Shown here: positions 51,075-64,000 of the stretch, in pieces | How positions within the stretch are numbered: the first letter of the stretch is position 1 | How the letters are laid out: each line of letters opens with the position of its first letter | NCBI RefSeq assembly: GCF_018977255.1 | Contig: NW_024704742.1 | Location: forward strand, 10,790,001-10,854,000 | DNA: 64,000 nt | Source of the DNA: Callorhinchus milii | Lineage: Eukaryota | Reading direction: 5' to 3' | Program-made: the position numbers and the translations under genes | Notes under the pieces: generated by a model | Database searches by the model: none | Seen by the model: the letters and a program-made list of their open reading frames with translations, nothing else | Told to the model about the DNA's origin: nothing

Positions 51075-51699
51075 CTAATACATTTCTTTATAGCGCAAAT
51101 TTGGTGATAACACAGTTGCAGTGCAGACCCCATTTACTGCATATGTGCACAGCTAGTCTGCAAACAGGAATTTTTGTCATCAGTGACCCAAGAATCCCTG
51201 CTAGTTGCACTCACGGTTATCTTTCTCGTGTGAGAGGTAAGTGAAGGCCTTTGGGAGCATGCTAAGACAGTGGAGAGGCCAATGGGTCATAGTAGGAGTG
51301 AGGTCTTGGGATCGAGACGAATGGGTTGAGGTGAGTGAACAAGATCGGCATGGGAGTCCTCACTATTGGTGGTTCCAGGTGCGGAGACGCCATTTCAGGT
51401 TTAGTATGGCTTTATATTTTATTATTTCCTTGCCTTCCTGTCCTCTCTCACTTCTGTCCTGTCTTCTCGCACTCACTACCTCTGAATTATTTGCCAAGTT
51501 TTCCTTTGAACCAAGCCTCAAAGCACTCCAAGACCCTAGCCCGCATGAGTGCCATGCCCCCCTCGACCTGAGCCATCCTTTCCCAAAATGCCCCCACTTC
51601 TACTCCTCACCCTTTGCTACTCCCACTGAGTCCTTTTCTCGTACCACCCTCGTCGCCTTCTCTTCCTCCTGGACTCTCCGGCAGCCTCTGAGATGCAGG

Positions 51700-51998
51700 G
51701 CGACATATATAAATGTATGTTGTTGTTGGTGTCCTACCTTCAGCAGCCGGGCTTTCAACCTCTCTACCCCCACCCTTTGGAACTCCATCCAACAATTCCT
51801 TCACCTTGCTCCCTCTCTTGCTTCCTTCAAGGCACAACTCAAGACCCTCCTTTTTCACCCGCCTTCAGCCATTCTCCCACATCTCTGCCCTCTCTCATCC
51901 CAACCCTGACCCCCCACAGTTGGGACATGATCCCCAACTGTTCAGCACCTTGGGACGTCCTCCGAACGTGACAGGCGCTTTACAAATGTAATTTTGTT
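51700..51998 (+). mobile_element. L2 3' end fragments
   Basis: PTLWNSIQQFLHLAPSLASFKAQLKTLLF; terminal GGGACGTCCTCCGAACGTGA. Confidence 0.8.
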
Positions 51999-52475
51999 GT
52001 ACTTGTGGTTGCTTAGTGCTGAAACACCAGCAATGTAGAGAGCGAGCTATCTGGTTGAACAATGAAACCAGCTATTGTGCCTTGGTCCAGTGAGGGTTAG
52101 GATTTTATAGATCCCAATCACCACATTATAACAGGACATCACTTCAATATGTCATATTGTCTTTACTATTTCAAAATGGCTACATTTTTAGGAACAATAA
52201 TACAGCGAAACAATAATGAAGGCTTTTGATAATGTACCAGAAAGAGGCTTGTTGAAACATTAAGACTCGTAAAAAAAACACAATAATAATTTGGTCACTC
52301 AGTCCACGGCTCTTTATGGGGCACTGCTGGGCACAATTGGCTGCCTCATTACGCCCCCCAAAATATACAGTCAATTCACTTTACAGTATATTCTGTTAAG
52401 CGCTTTGAGACATCTGGAAGATGTGAAAAGTACTTTATCAAATGGAAGGATTATTATTTTATTTATTATTAATAA

Positions 52476-52692
52476 TTTTTTTGGTCAGCCTGGTGTCTGA
52501 TACATGCAGAAACCCATCATCATGCTTAAGAGTATCCAAACCAAGCTGAGATTTCCATGCATCTCATCTACACACAGAAATCCCAGAGATAGATTGTTGG
52601 AATGGAATGCACGCTCTCTTCCTGGAGGGATGCATCCTGCTTACCTAATTCTGGAAAGTATTAGGCGCAGGTTGGCAAGAGCCAAGCCTTGC
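52476..52692 (-). repeat. Unclassified interspersed repeat, copy F (3' part)
   Basis: TTTTTTGGTCAGCCTGGTGTCTGATACATGCAGAAACCCATCA is the reverse complement of the 3' end of copies A and C. Confidence 0.85.
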
Positions 52693-52699
52693 TATTAAT

Positions 52700-53400
52700 A
52701 GCAATGTAGCAACGTGGATAGAAAGTTGGCTGAGGGACAGAAAGCAGAGAGTAGAGTTAAATTGATGTTTTCCTGACTGGATGGATGTAAATAGTGGTGT
52801 CCCCCAGGAATCCATGATAGATACAATTGATTATTTCCAAATATATAAATGATGAAGTATAAAGAAATACAGTATCAGAATTTATAGATGAGAAAAAAAT
52901 AGGGAGTGTCTCTAACTGCGAACAAAGAATGACTTTAAGAGGACGTAGACAGAGAAGAGGAGGGTGGTGAAATTTAATGTAGAATTGTGTGAGGTGATAC
53001 AATTTGGGAGGAAGAATAAAGAGCTGTAAGTTATGAGGAGAAGTTCCTGGAACTGAACTTGTTCTCTTGGGAAGAAAGACAATTGAGATGAGTGTGAGAG
53101 GTATGAATCCAGTCTTGAAAACAAGAATCACAAATGATGCCAAATGCAAGCAGGTTATGAGACTGCAGGACAGAACTCTGGGTGTAAATATTAAACAGCC
53201 TCAGGTCCATCTGGAGATTAGAAGAATTGTTTTCCCACAGTGGAAGTGCGGAGCAGACTCCCAACAACAGTAGCTGAGGCTGTGCCGATTAACTCCATCC
53301 AAAAATAACCTGATAATTATCTATTTGAAAACAGTGTTGTAGGATACGGGGACAGAGAGAGTCTGAAATGAACAAATGCTCTATGGGACAAATGATTTCT
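52700..53400 (+). mobile_element. Old, heavily decayed CR1 fragment
   Basis: TGGATAGAAAGTTGGCTG...AGTGGTGTCCCCCAGG (SGVPQ), AAATTTAATGTAG (KFNV) and a CR1-like 3' region. Confidence 0.6.
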
Positions 53401-55379
53401 ATGCTGCTGGCGCTAGGTGGGGGAAGGGACTCTGATGTATAAAGGATGGGAATAAAGAGTAGAGATGTTCAAATGAATCTTCCGCATGTTTTATATGATT
53501 CTGGGAGTATCTATGAACCATTCTCCTCAGGAGATTCAGTGGGAGGAGTGACATCCATGATAAAATGTGTTTTGCAAGGCTGTGTAGAGGGAATAGACTT
53601 GATCTTCTCACCAGTCTTTTCTCATTGCTTTGATTTCCCCTCCTTTAGGGCTTTGGTTCAGCAAGTTACAGTTAACTCCTTTGTGAAGTAGCAGGAGAAA
53701 CTTCCCACAGTTAGGAGAAGTAGTTTGTGAAGCTTTGTTTTAGGTATCTTTGATACTGTAGTAATATTTTGTGAAGCGCTTAGAGATGTCTCAAAGACAT
53801 GACAAGGCGTTATATCAAATGCAAGGATTATTATATTATTAAGTCTTTTTTTTGTTTGGGAAAATTTTCCCACACTCGTTGAAGAAAGAGGTGATGATAG
53901 ATAGAGACATTCCTGCACAATTTATTAATCATTTTATTCTGCGTGCAGCTTTTTCTATAATTACAGCTGTATATTTAATAACAGTGGGTCAAAGGCTTCT
54001 TGAAGGTGATCAAAATTGCCTTTGCATCTAGACCGTAAGACTTCTGCTGTTGCCCCTGTTTGTGGAAGTAATTAACAAATTCATAGAAGAAACTTGAGAT
54101 CACATTAGGGGAAATGAACATGGGAATGAAATTGGAAATAAGAATGCAAGTAAGAAAAAGAGGATAAATACAGTCTTTTGTTTCTGATATCGAGGAATGG
54201 AACAGAGCAGAAACAGGGAACATTCTGGGCACTCTGCCCCACCTCTGTACAGCGCCTAGTGCCTGCTCAGACTTTTTGGAATTGGCATCGGGCTGTCTTG
54301 CCCCATGCACACTCACCATGGAGAGAAGTAGCAGAGAAAAAGAAAGAACCAAATTAACAGGAGAGGAGTATGGAAAAGGGGAAATAAACAACTGGGCTTG
54401 GGAATGCTAAGGTTGGGCCATGATTCTCTCTCGGTTGCTGCTCTGTATAATGGCTGGAAGCGGCCTCAGATGTTTTATCACAGTCAAGTTTGGAGTATTA
54501 ATAACAATTCTTGCATTTGATATTATGCCTTATCACGTCTTCGAAACGTTTCAAAGCGCTTCACAGAATATACTGTAAAGTGAATTGACTGTATATTTTG
54601 GGGCGAAATGCAGCACACGGCAATGTCCCACAAACAGTTGTGGATTGAAGTGACCAATTTTATTATTTCTAATACACTTGGTAGCATGCTGCGATTTTGG
54701 GGCAGTAATAATATTTTCATTTTGCTGTCTTCACAAGGGTGGGCATCAATATTTACAAATGCTGGGCAAATCCAGATTGCAACCCTGACCCTCTGGAGCT
54801 CTCTGGTTCAATCATTTTGCTTTGCTGCCTCTTTGCCCATCTTCAGATCACACCTAAAGACGTTCCTTTATACTTGTGCCTGCAGTCACCTCCCCTTTCT
54901 CCCCAGCCCGGTGTCAAACTATGTCATTGTTAAGTGCTCTGAGATGCTACCTCACTTGAAGAATGCTTTAGAAATGCAAGTTGTTGTTGCAAACATCATG
55001 GTTTTGACCCTAAAGTGTATAACTCTTTGTTGAACTTAGCAAAATTACTTATCCGTGGGAGGAATCAATTTGGATCTTTCCTGGCAGTCAACTTCTCGAA
55101 AGTGGCTGGCTGGACTGATTGAAAAGTACTGGTTAGATCTGAATGGCTGACATGGTCTTTTAACCAACCAAGGATGTATACACCTGCTCCCAACTTACTA
55201 CAAAAATGCTTTGAGGAACCCTAACATATGTGACTCAACGAGCATTGTCTAGGCTTGCAAAATAGTAGTACAAGCTATGCCAGGTAAGCGCTCTGGGATG
55301 CTACCCTGTGTGAGGCACACTATATAAATGCAAGTTGTTGTTGTTGTTGAGCAGACATCTGACCTAGAGCAATTGCGTG

Positions 55380-55815
55380 TCAGCCTGGCTCTGTTGATAG
55401 CATTCCCACTTCTGAGTCAGAAGGTTGTTGGTTCAAGCTACTTGGTGGGACTTGGAACTCCTATACTCTATCTAGGCTGATACTCCAATGCAATGCTGGA
55501 GTGTTGCAGGTGCTGTTTTTTGGATGAGACATTAAACTGAGACCTGTCTGCCCATTCATGTGGACAATAAAGATCTTGTGGCTTGATTGAAAAGGTTAAG
55601 ATAATTTCTGTTGGTCTCCTGGGCAACAATCCCTCAAATAAAATTGGTGATTCAATCCATGAGTGTTTGTGAGACATTGCTGTGTATACATTAGCTGCTG
55701 TGTTTGCCCACAAAAATACAGTGACACTGCTTTACAGTAAAACAAATCCTGCAAACTGCTTTGAGACACCCTCCTGATGGGAAAAGTGCTATATCAAATG
55801 TAAGGATTATTACTA
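55380..55815 (+). mobile_element. Older Deu-SINE (SacSINE1-like), full length
   Basis: CAGCCTGGCTCTGTTGATAGC...TCTGAGTCAGAAGGTTGTTGGTTCAAG head, body, Deu core and tail. Confidence 0.8.
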
Positions 55816-58348
55816 GTAGTAAGTATTATTATTATTGGTTTCCAATGCATGAAACGTTTTGCCTTATCTGATTTTTCATTGAATTATTGATTCCTGGATA
55901 ACTGTTAAATACAAATACATAATATTTCTCAATTTTCAGGTTTTCCGTGCTTGGGGCATGAATTATTCTGACCCTATTTCCACACTTCATCTACAGCCAA
56001 CAGGACACAGTTGAAGTTTGGTTTTGAATGAATTCTTGAATCAATGATTAAGCTCACCACAAAAAAAAATGCTAATTGGCTATTTTGTTGTGTCATTTAT
56101 GGAATCGTTGATCCAAACAAAACCTGAATGGACCAGAACATTCCTTGGTAGAATGCTTAGAAATCAGCTATCCTGTATAATATCCCATTATTCATAGATG
56201 AAGAACAATGCACTCTGATTCTTCTATAATGGGACTCACGTAATAATACAATGAATAATCTGAGGCTGATCCACCTAGCTGAACTCCATGAGGAACATCA
56301 AATCATTGAGAAATGTTCTTACACATTAACTACAATCATAATAGGGGGCTGCAAACATTGACTTCCTTCTAAATGTTGCATGCTGCGAACTGCATAAAGT
56401 TAGTTCAGTGAAAGTTTGAGTCTAAGCTTGCAAACTCACCAGGACTACTTTACTCTGGAGAGGAAACATCATATATTCATATAATGGCAAGTTATTGTTT
56501 TGAATGAAATGAACATCAAAGGTTCCCCCCTTTTAATGACACCGGAGGAATTTTCAATTAATTCCCTCCTGATTGGGAATGTTAAAGGGCATCGAGCCTG
56601 CTGGAAAGAAGCAGACAAATGTGTTGCATAATTTCCTTGTTTGTTTAGTTATATGCATATTTGACATGAAATCGTCTTGGATGTGTTATGTTCTCTAATT
56701 CACTTTCTGGTAGACATACTGACTGTGATGCCCCTCAGGGCTTGCCTTTGCCATTGTATCTTAGTTTATTTGAATCTCTTATTTGATTTACTCTGTGTAA
56801 ATCCTCATTAATTTTTTTTTCAGCTTTGAGTGATATTTCCCTGTGATGGCACTGAATCCTAAGATTCGACCAGGGTGTGCAAATGCCAAGACTTAAAAGC
56901 TTCAAGTATTCTCTGGGTAAGCTTTCGTTCAGAAATGAACCAATGAAATATTAAAGAGGTAATTAGGAGAATGCCATCTTGTTGATAGGTCAGTGTATAG
57001 GCCACTGAGCTCCCTGATCCTTTTGGCCAGGGAAGATAAAGTAGACTAATAGATCTTTCACAACTAGTAGAATCTGGAGGCAGGGCTTGTTTATCAAAGG
57101 CACATATTTGTTTCGAAATCCATTGCCTGGATTTAAAGTTTTCAATTATAGATTTCTCGAGAAGCAATTAGCAGTAGAAACTCAAAGACAGTCTTGGAAG
57201 TCTCTGTAGTTGTGTACCTTTACATGCTGGATTGTAAGACACTTGACAGGAGCACAAAGAACATCTGTCTGGTTACCCGTTTTTAATTAGTTTGATCAAT
57301 GACAGTTCCACGATAATTTATTGTTGCATTAGTATTAGTTACATTGGGAGCATCAATAAATGATTTACTAATATCACAGTGATATATTGTTTTATCAACT
57401 GATTTATAGTTTAATAACTTTCTTGATCAATTTGGTTTCATTACAACGCAAAACTGATTTAAATGAAACATGTGCAAGATAAAGTCAATAAATTGACTTC
57501 TGTCCATTCAGGAGGAGCTTCCCCTTGGGCGTGCTTGGAGTGGGCCAGGGTAATGGCATCTGCAGCAAACTCTACTTCTCATTCATTTCTCTTGGTTAGT
57601 GAGGGTGTCATTCATTTCCTGCCATTTTTTTGCTGGGGCAGACTTCGTGGAGTCTGCACAACAAAAAACAGATGCTTCCCACAATCAGAACTATGCTCCT
57701 AAGGCAGCATCTCGCTAAAGTCAGCACCCAGCCAGACTGCAGGCACATTGTATGGCCATTACCAGCACCAAGACCTGCTGCTTGCATTAGATAAATAGCC
57801 CATAATTATAGCTGGAATAAATTCCTTGTAAATCCAGTTGAATGAAGATCAAACTCAATATTAGAACTCCTTTGCAGTAATGAGATCCTTGCATTCTTTT
57901 GTTCTTCTGTTCCCTCGTTTCAAGAATTACATTGAACCAAATCTTCACGTATCTTAAATGTTTATCTTTGCTCATTTGAATGCAAAAGGCACATGAATAC
58001 TTTTTCATATTCCAGAGCAACTCTTTGACACCAAAGTCATACCGGAACACTGGATGCTGAAGATCAGCATTATGATCTCAGTGATATCATTTCATCATGA
58101 ATCAAGCTGATTAAATCGGTTAGCCATCGCTTGCTTCTATTGAGGTTCTAATTTCAGTCGATCGACTCCACCACAGCCTAGTAGGTATTTTTGTACATGT
58201 ACAGCAATGCTGCGTCCCAACACATGAAACTAACTTGTGAATATGTTCAGTGAATGCCGGGCAGAGGTCAACAAACTTGTGTAACATTTCCATCATTCTG
58301 AGCACATAAACACCAATTCACACTCTTAGCAGCACCTCCTCTATATTT

Positions 58349-58529
58349 ACAACAACAACAACAAGATTTCTTTTATAGAGCGTCTTTCACATCGGGAGGA
58401 CGTCCCAAGGCGCTGGACAGTTGGGTCAGGACCCGAGCAGGGGGGAAATGGTCAGGGTGAGGGGAGGGAAGGGAGGGAGCAAGGAGGGGGTAAAGAGTCG
58501 AGAGGGGAGGTGAAGGCACGGTCAAAGAA
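58349..58529 (-). mobile_element. Young L2 3' end
   Basis: Closely similar to 5255-5435. Confidence 0.9.
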
Positions 58530-59014
58530 ATATGAACATTTTATTTTTCTTGACTTCATGGCAGAGAATCGTGTGATGAGATGCATCTAGTGAATTCTTT
58601 CAAGGTATTGGGAACAGAAGGGAATTGGTTGGGTAGGGATTTGCATGGAGTGAAACAGCAACATGGACAACTTGGGCCAAATATTCTGATTCTGGGCTGT
58701 ATCATTCAGTATAACTCTTAAGTAACTACAATATTATAATCTTTAGGTAGGGTTTTGATCTACTTGGTCCTGCTCTCCTCAGCTATAAATAATTCCATGA
58801 CTCAGAGAGTGAGCAGACAAAGAACTCTTGAGAAGTCATTCAGCAGCATGCACAGAAGCCTTTGCTCATTACTGTAATTTGATGGCATGACAAACATAGG
58901 AACTCATTGTGTATGACTGCATATCCCTTGACTTCAGAGCAAGTTGGATGGAGCACCAGCAATGTTTCTCCATTGAGAAAAATGGGGATTTGTTTAGCTC
59001 ATTCTGGCTTTGTT

Positions 59015-59330
59015 GCATTGTTGGAGGTGCCATCCTTCAGATGGGACATGACATTGAGGTCCCATTTTTCTGTTCAGGTGGACATTAAAAATTCCATGGG
59101 ATTATTCGAAAACAAAAGCGAGTTTCTCCCAGTGTGCAGGCCAACAATCCCCCAGATAAAATTGGTCATTCATTTCATGGCTGTTTGTAGGATATTGCTG
59201 TGTGCAATTTGGCTTCTGAATTTGCCTACAAAATACTGAGTCACTACATTCTACAGTACAGTAAATCATGTAAAGCGCTCTGAGCTATTTTGATGTTATG
59301 ATAAAGCACTAAATCAAATGCAACAATTAT
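59015..59330 (+). mobile_element. Older Deu-SINE, head missing
   Basis: GGAGGTGCCATCCTTCAGATG...CTGTTCAGGTGGACATTAAAA, then the Deu core. Confidence 0.75.
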
Positions 59331-60239
59331 TTATTGATAGAAAATAAGGGAAAAAGAAGATATTTCCAGTCTAGATACATTCCTGCCAATCAATGAGGCT
59401 CTGTTCCTGGAAAATTGTGAATGAGACATGCAAACAGCACAGCTCTTTTCCCTGTCAGACTTGTCAGATGCTCTTTGTGACCCTGTGATTAAAAGTTATT
59501 TTTGTTGCAATCTTGTTTGTCTATGTGTTGTACATTTGGGCATACAAAGATATATGTGCTGTGTGTGAACTAAAACCACTGGAGGCTGAATGTTGAGTGT
59601 ACATGAGATGTATTTTTTATGCATAGGAACAAGAGTAGGCCATTTGGCACATCAAACTTCTGAAATGTTGTTAGTTCACTGGCAGCTTTTGTCTTTCGAA
59701 TCTCATTTCCCTGCCTTTTCGCCATATGCCTAAATACTTTTGTCCCTTGATGTCCTTTTTGACTATTTGTCTATCGACCAGACTGATTGTCTCCTCTCTT
59801 TGCTATTTGTCGCACTTCCATTAACGTGCCTGACAGTCAGGTGTTCAAGCATTGTTCTTGTGGGGTTGTTGATTCTCTGTAGAATTGCAGAATACGTTTG
59901 TGTCCAATTTACCAGTAAATCTATGATAAAAAAATAGAGGAAGAGATGTGAATGTAGTATTAAAATTAAGAGTTTCTGTTCACAGTGGTGCTCAAGGTGT
60001 GTTAACGTTCCAAAATAAAAATGTAAAACCTATAAAACTTATTAAACCCCTTGGAGAAATCCCTTGGGGTTCGAGCTAGCCTGGCAGTCAGCACAGGAGG
60101 AACAGCTGCTGCTCTCGAATAAACAAACTAACCTCACTTATTCCATACAAAGATAGCAATGTGTATCTGAAGCCATTAGTGAAGCTCAGGTGACTTTTAT
60201 TCATGTAAACTCATTTCATACTGATTGGAGCATCAAAGC

Positions 60240-60797
60240 GCTTCATTCCCTCACACCTCCCTACATATCCAAACTGTTTACCCCCTACTCCACCACCCAA
60301 GGCTCCGCTCAGCTGGCTCCAGCCTCCTAATTGTCCCTCGTGCCCTCTGCTCCACCATCAGTGGCTGTGCCTACAGCCACTATGCACAAAACTCTGGAAC
60401 TCTCTCTCCCTCGATCCCTCTGCCTTGTCCCCTCCCTCCCTACCTTCAAATCCCAGTAATCTTGGAGGGATAATAATCCCTCCAAAAAATAAAAACAATA
60501 ATAAATTGGTCATTTTCAATCCACGATTGTTTGTGGGACGCTGCTGTGCACAATTGGCTGCCGCGTTTCGCCCACAAATATACAGTCAATTCACTTTACG
60601 GCATATTCTGTGAAGCGCTTTGAGACGTCTAGAAGATGTGAAACGCGCTATATCAAATGCAAGGATTATTATTATTATCCTGTTTGATCATGCTTACTGT
60701 CATCTCCCCCTGGCTCAAGGTCAGACTCCGCCACTGTGAAGCGCTCTGGGACGCTACCCCGCATGAAAGGCGCTGTATAGATGCAAGTTGTTGTTGA
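60240..60797 (+). mobile_element. L2 3' fragment interrupted by a 5'-truncated young SINE (about 60463-60678)
   Basis: RLRSAGSSLLIVPRALCSTISGCAYS before the SINE; CTGTTTGATCATGC...ATGCAAG(TTG)n after it. Confidence 0.8.
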
Positions 60798-61104
60798 GCG
60801 ATTTTATCAGTGAAACATAGACCATGCTCACTGACCAATTTTAAGGTTAATTCTGCAACTCATAAGGCTTTAAATCAAACATGAGGTGTCTGAGAAAAAG
60901 ATGCCTGAGGTTTTAAAAACTCTAGCTAAAATATTCAATTAACCCTGAGATGATATCAGCTTACTTCCAAATTCGGTCAGCTTCATTAGGAATGTAAGGT
61001 CTGAAATTTCAACCAATCAACGAATCTTAATAATAATTCTTGAATTTGCAATAGTGTCTTTCTTGTCAGGAGGCCATTCCAAAGTGCTAAATAGGATATA
61101 AAAA

Positions 61105-61470
61105 TAATAATAATCCTTGCATTTGATTTAGTGCTTTATCACATCGTTCAGACGTCTCAAAGAGCTTCACAGGATGTACTGTAAGCGGATTGACTGTATA
61201 TTTCGTGGGTGAATGTGGCAGCCAATTGTGCACAGCAGTGTCCCACAAACACCCTTCTCTTTTTGAATAGTCCCATTGAATCTTTAACGATTACCTGAGT
61301 AGACAGGTAGAACTTCGGCTTGAAGTCTCATCCAAAGGACGGCACCTCCAACAATGTGGCACACTTCTAGCACTCCATTGGAGCGTCAGCTTAAAATATA
61401 TGATTTCCAAGTCCTGACATGGGGCTTGAACTAACAACCTTCTGACTCAGAGGTGAGAATGCCACTCATT
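61105..61470 (-). mobile_element. Older Deu-SINE with internal deletion
   Basis: AAAGGACGGCACCTCCAAC body; head ACAACCTTCTGACTCAGAGG. Confidence 0.75.
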
Positions 61471-61980
61471 GGAGTGGCTATTCTGGAAGGATGAGAGCAA
61501 CAAATGAAATATACCAATGTTTTTCATTTAGAGGCAGCAGTTTAGAAGCAGAGATGGTTAAGGGAGTGAGTGGTGCAGGACGTTTATGCATTTGAATCTA
61601 TCTTCGTGGTGGGTAATCAGTTAATCCCACTGCTCCTTTGAACGGTTTGGTTTGCTGAAGCCTGCATGACATTGTTACTAATGGATGAGACAGTGACACA
61701 AGCACTCTCCATTTTATGCAAAGTGTAGATAATACAGAATTATGTTAGGAGCCATTTGCAGCCACATAAGTTGTTGACAGAGCTACTCCTCCTGTATAGT
61801 CAGATAGGAATTGGACTTTGACTTTGAAACCTACTCAAATAGTGTAATTCTAAACCTCGGACACTGCCACATCATTTACGACATCTTCGTATCATACAAC
61901 AACAACAACAAGGTTACATTTGTATAGCGCCTTTCACGTTCAGCACTATATTTTACAGGTACTATATCTCAATGTAATGT

Positions 61981-62299
61981 AATAATAATAATAATAATCC
62001 TTGCATTTGATATAGCGCTTTTCACGTCTTCTAGATGTCTCAAAGTGCTTCACAGAATATACTGTAAAGTGAATTGACTGTATATATGTGGGCGAACGCG
62101 GCAGCCAATTGGGCACAGCAGTGTCCCACAAACAGTCGTAGATTGAAAATGACCAATTTTATTATTGTTTTTGGTTTTGGAGGGATTATTTTTAGGCGTG
62201 TGGAGTAAGGAAACTTGCCCAAGGTTTCACCCTGACTGGAATTGAACTCGGGTCTCTCGCTTGCAAAGCGAGTGCTCTAACCACTGAGCTACAGGACTC
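61981..62299 (-). mobile_element. Young Deu-SINE, short variant, full length
   Basis: Complete head to (TTA)n tail. Confidence 0.95.
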
Positions 62300-63119
62300 T
62301 GATAAGGAAAGGCATAGGATAAGATCTCGGAGCTGTATATAAGGCAGCTTATAGCACACAGTACAATTGTACAAACAGTTTGGGCTGTGTACTGTGAGCA
62401 GAACCTGGACTTGTTGTAGTAAACAAAGAAATAAAACATTCTCCAGTGAACAGGACAGCCTGCAGTGAAAGTGAGTGAAGCAGACTGATTCTAGATTTAC
62501 TTCAAATGTCATCAGTTTCACTGAATGAGTCAACCAATTTAAGGGTTCATGTGAGTGACAACCACTGTATTTTTTAAGGAACCTCAGATGTTTTCATATG
62601 ATAAAAGACTACTATATAAATAGCTAGAAGCTATTATTCGCAGTCTGTTTGGGAGGTGCTCTATTACTGGTTTGCCTGCGGTACCAACCTATACACTGCT
62701 ATATTTCGAGAGTCTTATTAAAGCAAAGCTAGCTGGCTAATGAATGATCAGAACATTGAAGCAACTCCCTGCTGATTATTGATTTTGTTTGGCTCACTGA
62801 GCAGAAATAAGTAGTTTCTAATTTGTTGTAACATCAGTGAGATGTGTTTATTTATTAAAGACTGCAGGGCATGCTGCTGGTTTTGGCTCCTGCATGCTGG
62901 GGAATGAGTGCTTTTCCATGTTNAAAAAAACCTGTGCAAATGCACAGGCTCTTCAAGTCATCATCCTTTTACACTTCACTGTCCAAAGTAAACACACATC
63001 TTCCTCACAATTGCCCTTTGAAGAAAACCACGAATGTCAGCTTGTTAGAATTATTTTGGTCACACAGTAAAATTGTGAACAATAATAATCTTCACATTTT
63101 ATTTAGCTTCTTACCATAC

Positions 63120-63545
63120 CATACAATTTCATCATGCCTTTCACATCAGAAGGACACTTCAACGTGCTTTACAGTTTTGAATGGACTCCCGAGCTGCAGG
63201 TGGGAGCAAGAGGCATGGGGAGGGAAAGATGACATAAAGCGCGGTCAACGAGATAGTTTTTCACATTTGTTTCAGAGGCGAAACAGACAACAAGGGAGTC
63301 GGAGGGACTCTGAGGTGGAATTCCAGAGAGTGGGGCAGAATGGCTGAAAGTCTGCCTGCCGATGGTGGGCCAGTAGGCAGGGGATGTGAAGCAGGCCAAC
63401 ACTGACTGGTTGGTAGGATTTGAGGAGATCATAGAGGTAGGTTGGGATGAGATTGTGGAGGGATTTAAAGGTGAGAATGAGGATCTAGAACTTGATCCAC
63501 TGGGGGGAATGCGGAGCCAATGGAGCCGAGCAAGGTTGGGGTGAT
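63120..63545 (-). mobile_element. L2 3' fragment
   Basis: PTIGRQTFSHSAP peptide; the codons for LARLHW and IKF.IL are visible on the minus strand. Confidence 0.75.
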
Positions 63546-63579
63546 AGCTTAATAGAACACAGTACAGTACAGTAGTGAT

Positions 63580-63900
63580 TGTGTATTTTGTGGGTGGATG
63601 TGGCAGCTAATTTGCACACAGCAGTGACCAGCAAACAGCCATCAAATGAATGACTACTGTTATTTGGAGGATTGTTGGCCAGGACACCAGAAGAAGCTCC
63701 CTTTTCTTTTCAAATATTGCCATGAGTCTTTAATGTACAGGCAGAATGGACCTTGGTCAATGTCTTATCTGAAAGACGGCACTTCCAACAATACAGCACA
63801 TACCCAGCACTGCTTTCGAGTGTCAGCTTAGATTTATATGAATTCCAAGTCCTGATGTGGTGCTTGAACCACAACCTTTGACTTAGAGGAGAGAGTGAGC
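63580..63900 (-). mobile_element. Older Deu-SINE
   Basis: GCACACAGCAGTGACCAGCAAACAGCC, CTGAAAGACGGCACTTCC and head. Confidence 0.7.
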
Positions 63901-64000
63901 TAGGCTATCACCCATCTTGTAGTCAAACAAGGCAGTCAATTTGCACACAGCAATGTCCCAATTATTACAAGGGCCAAGAGAGGTAACACAATAATTCAAC

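Noticed and set aside
51168..51236. 69-nt in-frame exon candidate with a GAG|GTAAGT donor
   Set aside because: Weak polypyrimidine tract, unrecognised peptide and no partner exons

Overview
This is vertebrate genomic DNA with no host protein-coding gene that I can support. The repeat content points to a cartilaginous fish, plausibly a chimaera or elephant shark (inference from the repeat families only). By eye, roughly half of the window is retroposon debris: 5'-truncated L2-clade and CR1-clade LINE fragments; many copies of a young tRNA(Ala)-headed Deu-domain SINE that shares its 3' stem-loop with the young L2; an older SacSINE1/AmnSINE1-like Deu-SINE; and AmnSINE2-like relics. Every ORF in the track that I could recognise is a decayed LINE ORF2 piece or an alternative or antisense frame of a repeat. 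Less ordinary items are an unclassified, palindrome-rich, A-tailed repeat with 6 copies; a Helitron-like element with a doubled 5' module and an internal minisatellite (34.6-35.5 kb); a decayed Penelope-type hammerhead relic (24.0 kb); a small CpG-rich promoter-like island with a minus-strand splice donor (39.9-40.1 kb); and Pbx-Hox/Meis motif clusters that look like conserved enhancers (50.1 and 57.3 kb). I found no convincing novel multi-gene system. Family names come from recalled consensus motifs, not from a database search, and most boundaries are approximate.
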